Positions 25,341 through 34,981 are shown, counted from the stretch's first letter. The stretch: DNA of 64,000 nucleotides from Minisyncoccota bacterium (GCA_041660105.1 JBAZWZ010000003.1:25527-89526); one strand, 5' to 3'. The notes: generated by a model not told the origin, from the letters alone. Numbers and translations: made by a program.

Positions 25341-26877
25341 TAAGTTCCGTCGGTCGATATGCAAGTGCTTCAAGCAAATGTTTTTCTTCGATACTTGAGG
25401 AGTTGTCGAGGTCGGCGATGGTGCGGGCGACTTTGATGGTCTTGTGATGCGCGCGGGGAGAAAGTTTGAGGCGCTCGGCGGCGGCATTGAAGAGTGAGCG
25501 GAGGGCTGGCGTGAGCTCGATAAATGATTCGATATCATCGGCGCGCATCTCGCTGTTGGTGGTGATGTTGCGTGGGTGATTGATAAAGCGAGCCTCTTGA
25601 ACGGCGCGCGCGTTTGCGATACGCTCACGCACGGTCTCTGTCGACTCTCCTGTCGCTGCTGCGGAGAGTTTGTCGTGACTCATATGAGAAACTTTTACCC
25701 AGAGCTCGATGCGGTCAACGATGGGACCTGAGAGTTTGCGTGTGTATGATGCGAGCGTACCGGGCATACACGTGCAACGCTCCTCACTTCCGTATTTACC
25801 ACAAGGACAAGGGTTCATCGCAGCGAGCAAGATAAATCGTGCAGGAAATGAGTCGTGACCTTTTGAACGTGTGATGCGGATATGTCCCTCTTCGAGTGGC
25901 TCACGAAGTGACTCGATGACACGTCTGTCAAACTCAGGAAATTCGTCAAGAAAAAGTACACCACGATGAGCAAGAGTAATCTCTCCTGGCTTTGGTGTGG
26001 AGCCTCCTCCGATGACGGCAGGATACGAAGCTGTGTGGTGAGGTGCGCGGAGCGGTGGTCGCGTCATAATATTTTCACGAAGCGTGCCTGCGACGGAGTG
26101 AATCCCTGTCACTTCGAGTGCGTGTTCGTTATTTAAATCAGGAAGAAGATGTGAGAATGCCTGTGCGAGCATCGTCTTGCCGGTGCCTGGCGGTCCCCAC
26201 ATTGCGAGGTTGTGATTGCCGGCTGCGGCTATCTCGAGTGCGCGCTTTGCAAACTCTTGACCTTTGATGTGAGACAAATCAACTTTTAATTTTGAGTCTA
26301 CTTGTTCATTTTCAGAAAGATTTTCATCACGCTCACTTTTTTTAAGAAAAAATTTATTGTTTGCATCAAGATGTTGAAGTACCTCGCTGAGATTGCGCAC
26401 GCCGTATACCGTGATGCCATCGACAAGGGCTGCCTCATCTGCGTTTGCGAGTGGTAAATATATTTCAGTGAAGCCAGATTTCTTTGCGGCGTTGGCTATA
26501 AGAAGCGCGCCGTGAATAGGACGAAGGATGCCATCGAGAGAAAGTTCTCCGAGGAAAAGTTTTCCTGTTGGGTCAAACTCAGTTTCGCCAGATGCCATCA
26601 AGTATGCGAGGGCGATGGAGAGGTCGTAGTGCGCACCTTCCTTCTTGAGCTCAGCGGGGGCGAGTGAGATTACCACTTTTTGATTTTTCTGTTTTGGGGA
26701 TTCAAAGCCAGAATTCTTCACCGCTGCACTGACACGGTCGCGCGACTCGTCGACTGATGTGCTTGGAAGGCCAACGACGGCAAATGCGTTGAGACCTTTC
26801 GAGAGATCAACCTCAACATCAATGATGTGAGCGACGAGGCCAACTATTTGAGCAGAATAAAGTTTTGAAAATTGCAT
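25336..26877 (-). CDS. comM: ComM/YifB-family Mg-chelatase-like AAA+ ATPase.
   Basis: MQFSKLYSAQIVGLVAHIIDVEVDLSKGLNAFAVVGLPSTSVDESRDRV; Walker A GPPGTGKTMLAQ; C-terminal ChlI-like domain. Start moved to the ATG at 26877. The upstream track extension encodes a low-complexity peptide overlapping the DksA-like gene. Confidence 0.85.
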   Translation of the reverse strand: MQFSKLYSAQIVGLVAHIIDVEVDLSKGLNAFAVVGLPSTSVDESRDRVSAAVKNSGFESPKQKNQKVVISLAPAELKKEGAHYDLSIALAYLMASGETEFDPTGKLFLGELSLDGILRPIHGALLIANAAKKSGFTEIYLPLANADEAALVDGITVYGVRNLSEVLQHLDANNKFFLKKSERDENLSENEQVDSKLKVDLSHIKGQEFAKRALEIAAAGNHNLAMWGPPGTGKTMLAQAFSHLLPDLNNEHALEVTGIHSVAGTLRENIMTRPPLRAPHHTASYPAVIGGGSTPKPGEITLAHRGVLFLDEFPEFDRRVIESLREPLEEGHIRITRSKGHDSFPARFILLAAMNPCPCGKYGSEERCTCMPGTLASYTRKLSGPIVDRIELWVKVSHMSHDKLSAAATGESTETVRERIANARAVQEARFINHPRNITTNSEMRADDIESFIELTPALRSLFNAAAERLKLSPRAHHKTIKVARTIADLDNSSSIEEKHLLEALAYRPTELK

Positions 26878-26939
26878 AAGGGGGAACAGGGGGAACAAAA
26901 ATTCACTGGGGTGCACAGGAAGAACAGAACGCTTCGCGA

Positions 26940-27302
26940 CTAACCTTCTCGGTGCGCGATACAAGTTGGGGCTGCAGGGTTTGCATGGAGGCGTGCGTCT
27001 TCGATAGCAGCTCCGCACACACGACAGATGCCGTAGGTGCCTGCTTCGAGTCGTGCAAGTGCTGAGTCAACTTCGAGAAGTCGTGCCTCAAGTTCCACCT
27101 CGATTGCCGCACTTCCTTCAAAAGCTTCGATCTCTGTCGCAACATCATTTTCGTCAGCGTTGATATCGTTTAGATCTGGCGCAGATGGCTCCCAGTCGCC
27201 AGCGATGTCAGGATTCTTGTGTCCTACACCAGAGAGTTCACCCTCAAGCTTTGCCTTCTCTCCAAGAAGCATACCTTTTAATTCTGAAATATTTGTTGTC
27301 AT
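26940..27302 (-). CDS. DksA/TraR-family C4 zinc-finger protein.
   Basis: Coiled-coil N-terminus plus CRVCGAAIEDARLHANPAAPTCIAH C4 motif. 120 aa. Confidence 0.7.
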   Translation of the reverse strand: MTTNISELKGMLLGEKAKLEGELSGVGHKNPDIAGDWEPSAPDLNDINADENDVATEIEAFEGSAAIEVELEARLLEVDSALARLEAGTYGICRVCGAAIEDARLHANPAAPTCIAHREG

Positions 27303-27320
27303 GATAGTAGTTTATATTGT

Positions 27321-28331
27321 TTATTTTGAAGCCGCAATGGGGAGAAGGGTTTCGAGCGCTGACTTGCTTCCTGTTATTACGATGGTGGTAGGATTTGCAA
27401 ATGAGTATACAATACTATCTCCTGTCGCTGACGTAATCATACGAACATCCTTGTTGAGAATAACCACGTCCTTGAATTTTGCCGAAGAGAAGATTCCCTC
27501 GTCGAAACTCGTCCCAAAAACTGTGTCAAAAAATACTGGCAGTGTTGCCTCCCATCCGAGCATCCCAGCGAGACCTGTATCACTTCCCGAGACTTTTAAT
27601 ATTATAAAAGGAGAAGCAGTGTTACTTGCATCGCCGACGAAACCAACCATAAATGGCCTTTCGAGTGAGCGTGTGAGGATTTCTGGAGCGGCGATGCTGG
27701 TAAGCATTAAAAAGCGATTTGCAGAGATTGCAGCAGTAGTGCTAGCGCTTGTTTCCTCAAAATACATATTTTTAATGAAACCTATTGCGAGAGTCTGCTG
27801 TTTTTCGGATGAAATCGAAGAAAAAATCTGAGCGCGTGTTTCGTTGGTGACATTAAATCTATTTTCTGAATCAACGGTGAGGATTGCGCTTGCGAGTGCG
27901 GGAGTTGATGGAATTGTTGACGAGGCAATTCCCGTGTTTGAGGTTTTTCCAAAAGAAGGCATAGAAATACTTGGCAATTTGATTGCACCAAGTTTCGGTA
28001 ATACAAAAACGGCTGCTCCTCCAAGAAGACCAATTACCAGAAGAATAATAATGACTACAACTATGCGACCAATTGGTTTCGGTGCTGCTGGGACAGACTC
28101 AGAGTGCGCCTGTCTTTCAGCTTCAGCCTCGGCTTGCAAACGTGCGTTCTTCTTTTGTTCAGCGATTGCGATTGAAACCGTTGTCTCTTCGTTGTTGCGG
28201 ATTGCTTCCGATGCATCAAGTTTCATCGTGCGAATAACACGCGGAATAATCTTAGGCTCTGTACTCGGAGATTCGGGTGTTCCCTGGTAAACACCTGGCT
28301 CTAGTTTTTGTTTAGGTACGATAGGTTCCAT
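27321..28331 (-). CDS. Hypothetical single-pass membrane protein.
   Basis: Start moved to MEPIVPKQ (ATG 28331), because the track start lies inside the terminator hairpin of the upstream gene. TM IGRIVVVIIILLVIGLLGGAAVFVL. Confidence 0.45.
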   Translation of the reverse strand: MEPIVPKQKLEPGVYQGTPESPSTEPKIIPRVIRTMKLDASEAIRNNEETTVSIAIAEQKKNARLQAEAEAERQAHSESVPAAPKPIGRIVVVIIILLVIGLLGGAAVFVLPKLGAIKLPSISMPSFGKTSNTGIASSTIPSTPALASAILTVDSENRFNVTNETRAQIFSSISSEKQQTLAIGFIKNMYFEETSASTTAAISANRFLMLTSIAAPEILTRSLERPFMVGFVGDASNTASPFIILKVSGSDTGLAGMLGWEATLPVFFDTVFGTSFDEGIFSSAKFKDVVILNKDVRMITSATGDSIVYSFANPTTIVITGSKSALETLLPIAASK

Positions 28332-28433
28332 TGCGTATATTATAACGTGTATTGTGACGACTATACAAGCGGTGACGTGCAAAATAAAAGGCAATCACGA
28401 AAGTGATTGCCTTTTATTTTGCACGTCACTGTG

Positions 28434-29024
28434 CTACTCGCTTTTTGCTGGCGGAGCCTTGCGACGCGGTGCTTGTTTGCGTGCAGGGCGGCGAGCACCA
28501 CCTGCTCCGCCGTGACCACGGGAGCCGAGGAGATATTTGTGCTGATCGTCACACATATCGATGAAGTCATCGCATGCTTCACGGAGTTTGCCTGAAGCAG
28601 AGCGGCCAAAGGTAATAACTTCAACCTGTGTGCCCATAAACTTCAAGTACTCTACGAGCGGTACGAAGTCGCCGTCACCTGATGCGAGCACGACTGCGTC
28701 TACCTTTGAGCCGACACGGATTGCGTCAACTGCGAGACCTACGTCCCAGTCTGCCTTTTTTGCGCCACCAAAAAAGATTTGGAGGTCTTTTGTCTTTGTT
28801 TCGATGCCGAGGCTGTTGAGCGCTTCGAAGAAACTCTTTTCTTCTTCGCCTTCTGTGGTGATCACATACGCGATTGCGCGTACGAGATGTCTTCCTGCTA
28901 CTGCTTCTTTGAGAACTGCTCCAAAATTTACTTTTGCTCCATAGAGATTGCGAGCACTGTGATAAAGGTTCTGCGCGTCGATGAACATCGCTACGCGCTG
29001 CTCCTTCTGTTTGATAATTGCCAT
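28434..29024 (-). CDS. NYN/LabA-like (DUF88) domain protein with an Arg/Ala-rich C-terminal tail.
   Basis: VAMFIDAQNLYHSARNLYGAKVNFGAVL...AIAYV...VVLASGDGDFVPLVEYLK matches the NYN/LabA fold signature. 196 aa. Confidence 0.65.
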   Translation of the reverse strand: MAIIKQKEQRVAMFIDAQNLYHSARNLYGAKVNFGAVLKEAVAGRHLVRAIAYVITTEGEEEKSFFEALNSLGIETKTKDLQIFFGGAKKADWDVGLAVDAIRVGSKVDAVVLASGDGDFVPLVEYLKFMGTQVEVITFGRSASGKLREACDDFIDMCDDQHKYLLGSRGHGGAGGARRPARKQAPRRKAPPAKSE

Positions 29025-29152
29025 ATTGTAAAATATTTGCGCTAATGCGCCTAAAAACTAATGTATTAAAAATGATTACTCCCTGTTTAGTATCGCACGG
29101 ATTGAAATAAACAAAAAGTCCCGAATCAGATGATTTGGGACTTTTTTCATTT

Positions 29153-29416
29153 TTATTTCAAACCAACCTTTTTTATAATAGATTCGTATCTGTCTTTACT
29201 CTTTCTCTTCAAGTAGTTCAAGTGTGTGCGACGATCTGCAACCATCTGGAGCAAACCACGGCGGGAGTGGTTATCCTTGTGGTTTTTCTTCAAGTGGATA
29301 GCGAGCGCGTCAATAGTCTTGGAAAGAATAGCAACCTGAGCCTCTGGAGAACCAGTGTCAGTCGCGTGAATCTGCGCTTTCTTGATAATTGCCTGCTTTG
29401 TCTTTGTCGTAATCAT
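29153..29416 (-). CDS. rpsO: 30S ribosomal protein S15.
   Basis: MITTKTKQAIIKKAQIHATDTGSPEAQVAILSKTIDALAIHLKKNHKDNHSRRGLLQMVADRRTHLNYLKRKSKDRYESIIKKVGLK. Start trimmed to the ATG at 29416. An intrinsic terminator hairpin follows at about 29108..29150. Confidence 0.9.
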   Translation of the reverse strand: MITTKTKQAIIKKAQIHATDTGSPEAQVAILSKTIDALAIHLKKNHKDNHSRRGLLQMVADRRTHLNYLKRKSKDRYESIIKKVGLK

Positions 29417-29531
29417 TGCAAGCACTTTAGCATATCTTGTCAAATATTGCAAGTCAGCGGAATAAGTTCCAGAAAATGGGTATTTTAAGGATAAATCAGA
29501 GAAGATTAATTGTGGGTGGTAATATTGTCCC

Positions 29532-29786
29532 CTATTCCAGGTCCTCGAGATAGCACGTAACGATTTCAACTCCGCTTTTTGCCAAAACCTCTCGAGATGC
29601 TTGATCGTCAGTCTCTAAACAAGGTGGAAGATCCTTCTTTTTGATAATTGAAACACCTTGACCCTCGAATGCGTGGAGAGAAGGTTCCTCCCCCTCATGT
29701 GTTTTGGCGTAAGAGTGAGGGGTTTCGTTGTCAGAGTTGCGTGATGCGGTGACAATAATACCGTTTGCTTCATCAGATAAATTCAT
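29532..29786 (-). CDS. Small hypothetical protein (84 aa).
   Basis: Start at MNLSDEANG. The track N-terminus (MRSIEPCARYTII) is translation of the 67-bp palindrome and mirrors the false N-terminus of the divergent recombinase ORF. Confidence 0.4.
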   Translation of the reverse strand: MNLSDEANGIIVTASRNSDNETPHSYAKTHEGEEPSLHAFEGQGVSIIKKKDLPPCLETDDQASREVLAKSGVEIVTCYLEDLE

Positions 29787-29825
29787 AATAGGAATTTTAA
29801 CGTAAAATATTTCGAATGTCCATAA

Positions 29826-29892
29826 GATTATAGTATAGCGCGCGCAGGGCTCGATGCTTCGCATCGAGCCCTGCGCGCGCTATACTATAATC
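29826..29892. promoter_or_regulatory. 67-bp perfect palindrome (32-bp arms, 3-nt centre) in the divergent intergenic region, ending exactly at the recombinase ATG.
   Basis: gattatagtatagcgcgcgcagggctcgatgc-ttc-gcatcgagccctgcgcgcgctatactataatc read directly. The next three bases are the ATG of the xerC/D-like gene. Confidence 0.7.
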
Positions 29893-30828
29893 ATGTCGCA
29901 CAATATTCCTCAAACCTCCCTCGGCAATTACGCACGACAGTATCTCGAATACTTGGAGATTGAGCGCGGGCGAAGCCTGAAGACTATCGAGAACTATGAG
30001 CGCTACCTCACGCGCTTCCTCACTGCGAGTGGGGCGAAGGAGCCAAGCGATGTTACTGATGATCTCATTCGTACTTTCCGTCTCTGGCTCAACAGACAAG
30101 AGTCAGGAGTACGTGAGGGCCGCCATGAAACACTCAAAAAGAAAACTCAAAACTATTACTTGATTGCTATTCGCAGTTTTCTCAAATATTTGCGCAAGCG
30201 TGGTGTTGAGTCGTATTCGCCTGAGAAGATTGAGCTTGCGAAAGTTGCCGAGCGCACTATCGACCTGCTGAGTGTTCAAGACCTCCATCGCCTCCTCGCA
30301 GCACCAAGTGGCGACTCCGTGAAAGAGTTCCGTGATAAGGCAATCCTCGAACTCTTTTTCTCGACAGGGCTTCGTCTTTCTGAGCTCTGTGCACTCCAGC
30401 GTGATATTGATCTTACCCGCGATGAAATATCCGTGCGTGGTAAAGGTGAAAAGGTCCGTGTGGTGTTTCTCTCGGATGAAGCAAAGACTGCCATTGCTGC
30501 CTATTTGAAAAAGAGAAAAGATATGGACGATGCGCTCTTTGCAAGTGATAAGGCCCGCGCAGATGGCTCGCTTCGTCTCACTCCCCGCTCAATAGAGCGT
30601 ATGGTGAAACACTATGCCGCAAAGGCGGGAATCATGGACAAAGTAACGCCCCACATCTTGCGCCACTCGTTTGCAACCGACCTTCTTTATAACGGCGCCG
30701 ATATTCGCTCGGTGCAAATAATGCTCGGTCATTCAAATATTTCCACAACACAGATATATACGCACGTGACGGATAGTGAACTGAGAAACGTACACAAAAA
30801 GTTTCACGGGAAGAGCAGAGAGGAATAA
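29893..30828 (+). CDS. Tyrosine recombinase, XerC/XerD-like.
   Basis: N-terminal SAM-like domain (LEYLEIERGRSLKTIENYERYLTRFL). Catalytic residues R...HILRHSFATDLLYNGADIRSVQIMLGHSNISTTQIYTHV. Start set to MSHNIPQ (29893). Confidence 0.85.
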   Translation: MSHNIPQTSLGNYARQYLEYLEIERGRSLKTIENYERYLTRFLTASGAKEPSDVTDDLIRTFRLWLNRQESGVREGRHETLKKKTQNYYLIAIRSFLKYLRKRGVESYSPEKIELAKVAERTIDLLSVQDLHRLLAAPSGDSVKEFRDKAILELFFSTGLRLSELCALQRDIDLTRDEISVRGKGEKVRVVFLSDEAKTAIAAYLKKRKDMDDALFASDKARADGSLRLTPRSIERMVKHYAAKAGIMDKVTPHILRHSFATDLLYNGADIRSVQIMLGHSNISTTQIYTHVTDSELRNVHKKFHGKSREE

Positions 30829-31061
30829 AGAAAAAAGCGACACCTTACGGTGTCGCTTTGCTTTAGTGTTTGATCGAGCAATTGTAGATGCTCGCAACTT
30901 CTTGTTGTGGTGCTTGGCGGTGTGTTTGGAAATGCTCAGTGACCGCTTTGGTGTGATTCAAGTCGTACACGCTTCCGCTTTGAAGATGCAGAGGAAGTTG
31001 TTGAGACTTTTGCTTCGTCGCAACAGCTTCAACCTCCTGACGTCGTGAAAGATCGTAGATG

Positions 31062-31298
31062 CTAACGGGTTTCATTTGAACCTCCTTCGGTCTGAGTTCT
31101 TAGCTTCTCGGACATCTCCGCGACAAGCACTCGCTTCTTTTGAATTTTGTCATCAAGTACAATGAGATCTTTGTTGAAGTGCTCGATTTCCGTATTGATC
31201 ACCCTCTTCTGTGCTTCAAACGAAACGATCCAAAGCTCTTCCTGCACGATAGCTTCACGAGTAGCTTGGAGTGAATCTACTTCTTGAGTGTTACTCAT
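31062..31298 (-). CDS. Small coiled-coil hypothetical protein (78 aa). A second 70-aa ORF (30863..31075) follows.
   Basis: ORF only; no similarity recognised. Confidence 0.25.
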   Translation of the reverse strand: MSNTQEVDSLQATREAIVQEELWIVSFEAQKRVINTEIEHFNKDLIVLDDKIQKKRVLVAEMSEKLRTQTEGGSNETR

Positions 31299-31385
31299 TA
31301 TAGCTCCTTTTTGTGGGATTGAATAATTAACACAACAGTGTTTCTTTCTTCACCCTACTCTTTTTCCTCATTTTTGCAAACTTCT

Positions 31386-31501
31386 GTATACCCCCACACC
31401 TACTTTTAACGCAAACAATTTTGTGAAACATTGAATGCACTATTAGTTATCTTGATTTGTGTATCATAATGACTTTAGTAAAAGTAGGTGTGGGGGTATA
31501 C
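31386..31501. repeat. Third member of the TIR-bounded palindromic element family (same 22-bp TIRs, unrelated core), abutting the xth start.
   Basis: gtatacccccacacctactttta...taaaagtaggtgtgggggtatac read directly. The xth ATG lies 10 bp downstream. Confidence 0.8.
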
Positions 31502-31510
31502 TATATGTAT

Positions 31511-32278
31511 ATGAGAATTATCTCCTGGAACGTAAACGGACTCCGCGCTATTCATAAGAAAGGCAACTTTACTGACATCCTGAAGAAGGATGCGGATATT
31601 CTCTGTCTGCAGGAAACAAAAGTAGAAGCAGAGCAGCTTCCTGAGGAAGTGCGCGCGCCAAAAGGTTATCATGCATATTTTTCTCACTCGAAATTGCGCA
31701 AAGGATATAGTGGTGTAGCTGTGTATACAAAGGAAAAGCCAGAGAAAGTAGAAGAAGGTCTCGGTCTAAAGGACATGGATCAAGAGGGTCGACTTCTTGT
31801 CCTTTACTTCAAGGACTTTGTCCTTTTGAATTGCTACTTCCCAAACGGAGGTGGTGGTCCAGCGCGTCTCAAGTTTAAGCTTGATTATTACGACGCATTT
31901 CTAAGTTTCACTGAGAAGCTACGAAACAAAGGCCACAAGGTCATCATCTGTGGTGACGTGAACACTGCTCACGAGGAGATAGACCTCGCGCGCCCAAAAG
32001 AAAATGAGAGCAACACCGGTTTCCTCCCTGAAGAACGCGCGTGGCTCGATGAGCTTATCAATCACGGCTACCTAGATATCTTCCGCGAGCTTCATCCGAC
32101 AAAAGCCGGAGCTTACACCTATTGGGATATGAAGTCTGCTGCGCGTGACCGCAATGTCGGCTGGCGTATTGATTATTTCTTCATCACTCCAGACCTGCTC
32201 CCTCGTGTGAAACAAGCCACGATTGCGTCGGATTTTTATGGTTCCGATCACTGTCCTATTCTATTAGAATTAAAGTGA
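31511..32278 (+). CDS. xth: Exodeoxyribonuclease III (AP endonuclease).
   Basis: MRIISWNVNGLRAIHKKGNFTDILKKDADILCLQETKV... and the C-terminal SDHCPI motif. The track N-terminal extension is translation of the repeat element. Confidence 0.9.
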   Translation: MRIISWNVNGLRAIHKKGNFTDILKKDADILCLQETKVEAEQLPEEVRAPKGYHAYFSHSKLRKGYSGVAVYTKEKPEKVEEGLGLKDMDQEGRLLVLYFKDFVLLNCYFPNGGGGPARLKFKLDYYDAFLSFTEKLRNKGHKVIICGDVNTAHEEIDLARPKENESNTGFLPEERAWLDELINHGYLDIFRELHPTKAGAYTYWDMKSAARDRNVGWRIDYFFITPDLLPRVKQATIASDFYGSDHCPILLELK

Positions 32279-32334
32279 TTGACTTTGTATGATAATTTAG
32301 TATGATAATATCATACAAATAATAATTTAAATAT

Positions 32335-32553
32335 ATGTCCACAATATCAGTCCCCCTTCCACCTGAACTCGAGAAGTTCATAAATAACCAGATAAAAAGT
32401 GGCAACGCAGCAAACAAAGCTGACGTAGTTCGTCGTGCGCTCGTTCGTTTCGCAGAAGATGAGGCGGTGCGTGATGTGCTCGAGGCGTCTCAAGAAGTAA
32501 AAGACGGCAAGGTTCTGCGTGGAGACCTGCGCGAGCTTGCGAAAAAAATATAG
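32335..32553 (+). CDS. ParD/CopG-like ribbon-helix-helix type II antitoxin.
   Basis: MSTISVPLPPELEKFINNQIKSGNAANKADVVRRALVRFAEDE. 72 aa, ends 3 bp before the toxin gene. Confidence 0.6.
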   Translation: MSTISVPLPPELEKFINNQIKSGNAANKADVVRRALVRFAEDEAVRDVLEASQEVKDGKVLRGDLRELAKKI

Positions 32554-32555
32554 AT

Positions 32556-32822
32556 ATGAAAGTCGCCTACACTCCTAGATTTCTAAGGTTGTATAAAAAG
32601 TTACCCGCTGGGTTACAAGATGAAGTCATTGAAAAAATTGAGCAATTTAAAGATATACGCAATCATCAGCGGCTAGAAGTGCATAAGCTAAAAGGAAGAC
32701 TAAAGAAGTTCTACGGTTTCTCGGTTGATTATCAAAACCGTATTATTTATGAGTACATGTCAGATAATGAAGTAGCCCTCTTGGCCGTCGGCGACCATAA
32801 AATTTACGATTTGTTTTTGTAG
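32556..32822 (+). CDS. ParE/RelE-family type II toxin.
   Basis: 88 aa; KLKGRLKKFYGFSVDYQNRIIYEY...LLAVGDHKIYD matches the RelE/ParE fold signature. Operonic with the RHH antitoxin in an AT-rich patch. Confidence 0.6.
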   Translation: MKVAYTPRFLRLYKKLPAGLQDEVIEKIEQFKDIRNHQRLEVHKLKGRLKKFYGFSVDYQNRIIYEYMSDNEVALLAVGDHKIYDLFL

Positions 32823-32900
32823 GTATGGTTGCTTTTGAAATTTCCTCGTAAACTAGCTTCGGCTAAAACACAAATGCCTCGGTTCACCCCGAGGCATTTT

Positions 32901-33425
32901 TTATTTTTCAATTGTTTCCTTAAAATCAATTCGCAAATGTCTTTTTGCTTCAGGTAATTTGTCTTTCCAGAGTAAATAACTTTTGTTCCATTGCTCATAA
33001 GAATCCTTGTTTGCCCCTACCTCTTGGGAAACAATAGATGAATTCAAGTTAGCCAATATCTCATTAGAGAGGTTAATAATGGACTGAATTTCTTGAGCAG
33101 AATCTTCGTCTAGGATGATTTCATTCTCCCAAAAATAGTTTTGTAATTCAAAAAATCTATCATATGCATTTTTAATCTCCTCTCTCTTGCTCTCTGGTAG
33201 TCCATGCCCCTTCACTAATATGTATTTATTTAACTCTACTTCTAGTGGTATTACCATGCGGTATATTTCTGTAAGCACTACGAGTTTTTTATCTAACAAC
33301 TTTTCGTAAGTATATCTTCGCTTCGCGAGCAAAAAAGTCAGCAATCCAACAGCTAGCGGAGATAGAATGCTAATTATAATAGGTAAGTCAATTAAGCTAT
33401 TTTCAACAAATTTAATTTCAATCAT
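32901..33425 (-). CDS. Hypothetical single-pass membrane protein (174 aa), AT-rich.
   Basis: TM LIDLPIIISILSPLAVGLLTFLLA. No motif. Confidence 0.4.
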   Translation of the reverse strand: MIEIKFVENSLIDLPIIISILSPLAVGLLTFLLAKRRYTYEKLLDKKLVVLTEIYRMVIPLEVELNKYILVKGHGLPESKREEIKNAYDRFFELQNYFWENEIILDEDSAQEIQSIINLSNEILANLNSSIVSQEVGANKDSYEQWNKSYLLWKDKLPEAKRHLRIDFKETIEK

Positions 33426-33427
33426 AA

Positions 33428-34918
33428 TTATTTGACCCCGTGTCGCTTTCGGATTACTTCTAATTCCTTTTCTTCCTCCTCTTCTTTTTTCTCCTTCCCT
33501 TCTTCCCCGAGTTTTTTTAATTCTTCAATTGGAAGCTTCGCGAGCTCGAGTGTGCGTTTCACGAGAAACTCTTCGGTGTTGCGCTCGGGATCATCGAGTA
33601 CTTCTTCGAGGAGTGCATGAAGAATGAATCCAAGTTTTGGTCCCGGCGTTTCACGAGTAACCTCCATAATCTTTTGTCCATCAATCTTGAGCATCGCGAC
33701 TGACACCGGTGCGCGCATTGCTTCTTCAATCATTGACTCATATTTGCGGAGACGATACGGCGCTTCCTTGGGACGACCCATACCGATACGATCACATGCA
33801 CGCACTTTCATAAGGTCCCACACATTCTCGGGGCCAACATTTTTTACAATACGACGCACTGCGGAGAGTGTAATCTTTTCAATGTCAGAGAAGAACAAAT
33901 GATAACGCACAAGCGCTGATGCAACATCGACAACTTTCTTTGGATACTTGAGGTTCTCAAGAGCTTTCTTTGTCACACGACCGCCGACAACATCGTGCCC
34001 ATAGAACGTCCAGTTATTCTTTTCGTCAGACCAACGACGTGTTTCTGGTTTTGAAACATCGTGAAACAAAGCACCGAGGCGCACAGGGAGTGGCCACTCA
34101 CGATCAGCAGAGTGTTGGAGTGCGCGAAGGTTGTGTTCCCAGACGGTATAAATATGGTCACCATTTTGTTCCACACCTATTCCCCTCTCGAGATCTGGAG
34201 CAATATATTTGAGGAGTCCAAACTTCTGGCACATAACGACGCCAACCATAGGATTCTTGGTCATCACCATTTTGGTAAATTCGTCACGGATGCGCTCCTT
34301 TGATATATGCTTCAAGTCGTCCGCTTTTTCAATGATTGCGTTCATTGTTTCGACTTCTATCGTGAAACCAAGGTCAGTAGCGAGGCGCACCGCGCGGAGG
34401 ATACGGAGAGCATCTTCATTGAAACGGTCCTGTGGATGACCTACTGTCCTTAAGACTTTGTCCTTAATGTCCTTTATGCCGTCAAAAATGTCCGTTAGAT
34501 GTCCTTTAGATTCATCATACGCAATAGCATTGATGGTGAAGTCACGGCGCTTCAAGTCTTCCTCGAGTGTTGCGTGAAACGAAACACTGTCGGGGCGGCG
34601 TTTATCGGTATATATTCCCTCTGTGCGATATGGCGTAACCTCAACAACCTTCAATGTTTCATCGTCTGTTTCATTCACGATACCAACAGTGCCATAATCG
34701 TTCTCATAAAAGGAATCTTCAAAAAGCGCCTGAATCTCTTCCGGCTTTGCATTGGTTGTGATATCCCAGTCTTTAGGCTTACTCCCCTGCAGGATGTCAC
34801 GTACGCAGCCACCAACGAGATACGCCTCGTGGCCGGTAGCACGTAACGTTTTTGTTACATGTGAAACCTCGGGAGGGATTTCGAAAGAAAAACTCGCTTT
34901 TTTAGAAGATAGAATCAT
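33428..34918 (-). CDS. cca: CCA-adding tRNA nucleotidyltransferase with a C-terminal HD domain.
   Basis: LVGGCVRDILQGSKPKDWDITTN (polymerase beta superfamily head); RDFTINAIAY; HD-domain motif HD...; 496 aa. Confidence 0.85.
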   Translation of the reverse strand: MILSSKKASFSFEIPPEVSHVTKTLRATGHEAYLVGGCVRDILQGSKPKDWDITTNAKPEEIQALFEDSFYENDYGTVGIVNETDDETLKVVEVTPYRTEGIYTDKRRPDSVSFHATLEEDLKRRDFTINAIAYDESKGHLTDIFDGIKDIKDKVLRTVGHPQDRFNEDALRILRAVRLATDLGFTIEVETMNAIIEKADDLKHISKERIRDEFTKMVMTKNPMVGVVMCQKFGLLKYIAPDLERGIGVEQNGDHIYTVWEHNLRALQHSADREWPLPVRLGALFHDVSKPETRRWSDEKNNWTFYGHDVVGGRVTKKALENLKYPKKVVDVASALVRYHLFFSDIEKITLSAVRRIVKNVGPENVWDLMKVRACDRIGMGRPKEAPYRLRKYESMIEEAMRAPVSVAMLKIDGQKIMEVTRETPGPKLGFILHALLEEVLDDPERNTEEFLVKRTLELAKLPIEELKKLGEEGKEKKEEEEEKELEVIRKRHGVK

Positions 34919-34981
34919 TTATAAATAGTTTAGTGCATTTTTGGTATTTTTACCAATTCGCGGTATGCTCATAGATATCCT

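Noticed and set aside
30863-31298. Two overlapping small minus-strand ORFs after the recombinase, as a possible TA or phage-like pair that would make the 29.8 to 32.8 kb region an integrated element.
   Set aside because: There are no motifs in either ORF, no direct repeats bounding the region, and the neighbouring xth and cca are core genes. The evidence is insufficient.
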